Below, in pieces: positions 60,921 to 64,000 of a stretch of DNA of 64,000 bases (its first letter is position 1; the number at the start of each line of letters is the position of its first letter). The DNA comes from Mobula hypostoma. Its lineage: Eukaryota. Where the stretch lies: assembly GCF_963921235.1 (NCBI RefSeq), contig NC_086097.1, positions 129,334,001 through 129,398,000 of the forward strand, given 5' to 3'. Below the pieces are notes generated by a model. It saw only the letters and a list, made by a program, of their open reading frames with translations, was not told the origin of the DNA and searched no databases. Both the position numbers and the translations under genes were made by a program.

Positions 60921-63900
60921 ACTCTACGTGGTAAGGGAGAATAACTTGTTATAATTGGGGCTACACTGCCTGAAAGGATGATGGAATAAACCAATAAAGA
61001 AATCAATAAGGACTTCCAAAAGATTATTGGAAAAATATTTGAAAATCAGAAATATATCCCTGGGCTATGAATAATGGGAATAAGTGGATAGTAGTTTTGA
61101 GAAGCCAGGCCGCTCACAATGAACTGAATGGCCTCTTGCTATGCTATGTGTTGGACCAGAAGTGTTTGCCAGTTTGGATCATTTATTTGTTGCATCTAAG
61201 ACCTGGTGGTAATCACTGCTGCCAGGCTGATTGGGGGATACGCAAAGCATTACCAATGCTCATCTGCAAGACACAATGCAGCAAAGCGGAGCAAATTAAT
61301 GAATTAATGTTTTGCAACAGTTTCACGGGCCATGATCACAACACAAGTACAGCTACAAACTGTTCCATCAGGGCCTTCCGTTTGGAAGGTCCTGTTACTG
61401 CACTGGCACACGACGTGTTACACATGGGGTGTTTTTCTGCTTCCCTCACTTCTTCATTTCCTGTGATCTCTCGACATCACTCTGACTACCATATTGTGTG
61501 ATAAAAATTTGTCAACACCTCTTTCTCTTTCTGTGGCAATGAAATTGCCCTGTATAAATGCCATGTCTTTGTTAAAATACCTTCTGGTGGAATGGCCCTG
61601 TATGTGAGATATCAAAGCCTCAGCGTGGGATAGAAAGCGAAATGTGTTAATCTTAGTCCCCGACACCAACCCTAACCTGACAGACAAGTTACACTCTTTG
61701 TGAGTGCATGCTCTGTGTATTGTATACAATCGGCACTGTGGGCACATCATCTGTTTTGTATGTCACCAACGAAACACCCCTTTCTAGAAACCTTTGACAT
61801 TAGTTAATTTAATTGCATAGCAAACATGAAATGCCTGGGAAGTGGTAATGTTTTGTAGCAGTCGTTTAACACTCATTCATTTATCACAAACGTGTAAAAC
61901 CCAAGATGTTTCACTTTCCTACCAAATTAAGACATACTCTCACAATCATTTAGGAGGATTAGTCACAGATATAACCTGCCTACAATGATACGGGATCTGT
62001 GTATTTGTTCACACGCAGCCTCGTTTATTTTCCAATTGAACAAGCTTGGGTCTATTGTTGGATAACTAGCAAAGATATATATTTTTAAATTATTTGATCT
62101 AACATCAATTTATTTTAAATCCAATGCACATCTTGCTTTAAGGCAGCTTCCATGTGGCACTTGACTATATTGTTTGCACTATCTCATCTCTCAAATCTGT
62201 AAATTCCTAGATAGAGAATGCAGAGCTGATTGCATAGTATGACGGCTTCAGCCTTCTCAGAATTAGTGTAACACAGAATCATAGATTCACCATGACTACA
62301 GAAGGCCATTCAGCCCATTAAGCCCATGCCATGTCTTTGCAGAGCAATCCAGGTATTGGGAATCCATTCAATCCCATGGAGACACATGCTGGAATCTGGA
62401 ACAACAAACAACCTGCTGGATGAACTCAGCGGATCGAGCAGTATCTGTGGCGGGAGAGGAAAAGTTGACATTTTAGGTCAAAACCATGCATCAGTTCTGG
62501 TTGGAGAGAGCAGGAAAGCCACGTCATGGTCACCATACCTCGAAGAGACCTCACAGAGGAGTAGCATAATGGATTTACAAGAGACTGAAGGTGCTGAATT
62601 TGGAGCAACGATCATTCTGTTGAAAGAACTTGACTGATTGCACAGCCTTTGTGATCCTCAAACCTTGAACTATTCAACTAGGGAACAGCTTCTGCCTGTA
62701 CATTCTGTCTAAAATATTCATAAATGTTTAGGTGAAGGGTCTTGATCTGAAATGTCCACTGACCTGCTAAATTCCTCCAGCATTTTTTTTTGCACCATAT
62801 TCCAGTATCTGCTGTCTCCTGTTCCATCATGACCATGAGCACTTTTGTCAAATCTCCTCTAACCTTCTATGGTCCAAGGAAAACTAACCAGAACTTTTTT
62901 TTCCCCATTATTTATATCTTGGGTTTTATTCATAAATATTTGTTCCTTTTAAGCACTGGATCTTTACATGAGTCCTCATTAGGATGTGTTATTGGCAACA
63001 TATGCAATGGAAGGAAGAAAAAAAAATAATCATATAAAAAATGTTGTAACATTTTAAATGAACTTTTGAATATTGGATAATAGCACTTACTGCTGTGTTG
63101 CAGTAATTTTCATTTTTTTCTGTATCTAATGACTTGCTGATAGCTCAACTACTCTGTAGGGACACCAAATGATTATAGTAAGGATGAGTGATCTTTGTAG
63201 GATATGACTGATTGGTATGGTAATACACAGGCTGGGCTGTAAGCTGTTATAGACAATCAATTATACCACTGTGTGGAACTCCAATACATACTTCATTCAC
63301 AGTTTGTCAACTGGGATTATGGTATTACATTATAGCACTTAATTTTACTTAACATTCAACTCAAATTATACACAACAGCTAAATAGTTAATACGTTTGGC
63401 TACAAGACATCTTTATGGATAAAATTCAATCGAATCAAGAAGAAGCTGATTTCCTGGCAATTTGTAGCAGTTTCCAGAGGAAGTATTATATCAGTGGAAG
63501 AAAGGAAAGTTCTCAAATATTTAATTATATTATTTCAAAGATCAGTGAGAAAAGTTGGGACATGCACTCTACATTAATCAGACCATGCTGCAATATTAAC
63601 TGATAGAGCAACTGTAAAATATGAGACAAGGATTGTGTAATATTTTATAGCTTTTTATGCAAGATTAGATTAATAAATTTAAATTAGTCCAATAAAGCCA
63701 TTTAGGAACATATTATAGCCAGATAAAATGCAACAGTTATCAATTAGCATGTTCCATCTCATAAGGCCAGACATCTGATTTATTCAGTGTATCATTTAAA
63801 GGAACAAGTAAAGCGATATTAAACATAGACTCATGTCAGAACAGTTTACATTTCTGCACAATCACAATCTGTGCAAGTTCCTGCCAATGATTACATTTAT

Positions 63901-64000
63901 TACTGAATCTTCACTGTGCTCTGCTCTTGATCAGTAATGGTAAAGTTAATCAATGTTAATCAGGCACTTTGATTCACCAATATCTGTTTTTATGCTATTA

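Overview
Eukaryotic, AT-rich, repeat-dominated genomic DNA, almost certainly from a cartilaginous fish and probably a ray. This is an inference from the CR1/HER1-type LINEs, HE1-type V-SINEs and DeuSINE-like elements. No host protein-coding gene, rRNA, true tRNA or CRISPR array can be supported; every ORF with recognisable homology is a transposon relic. Identifiable elements: many CR1 LINE fragments (two very young), Rex1/Babar LINE fragments, an L1-type 3' end with a 13-bp TSD, an RTE LINE with a 12-bp TSD, two tandem R4/Dong-like RLE elements in a (TAA)n tract, two kinds of Penelope-like GIY-YIG relics, a deleted Gypsy element, a two-LTR mini-element with only 138 bp of internal sequence, and mariner- and Tc1-derived MITEs. 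The three most interesting signals are: (i) an abundant Penelope pLTR-derived short repeat whose copies reconstruct a minimal type-I hammerhead ribozyme and often occur as palindromes; (ii) an apparently self-priming, Tf1/sushi-like mini-LTR element; (iii) two young CR1 copies that differ almost only at synonymous sites. Several repeat-free islands look like conserved non-coding elements, but that cannot be shown without alignments. Boundaries of old repeats are approximate (tens of bp), and family names come from recognition by eye, not database searches.
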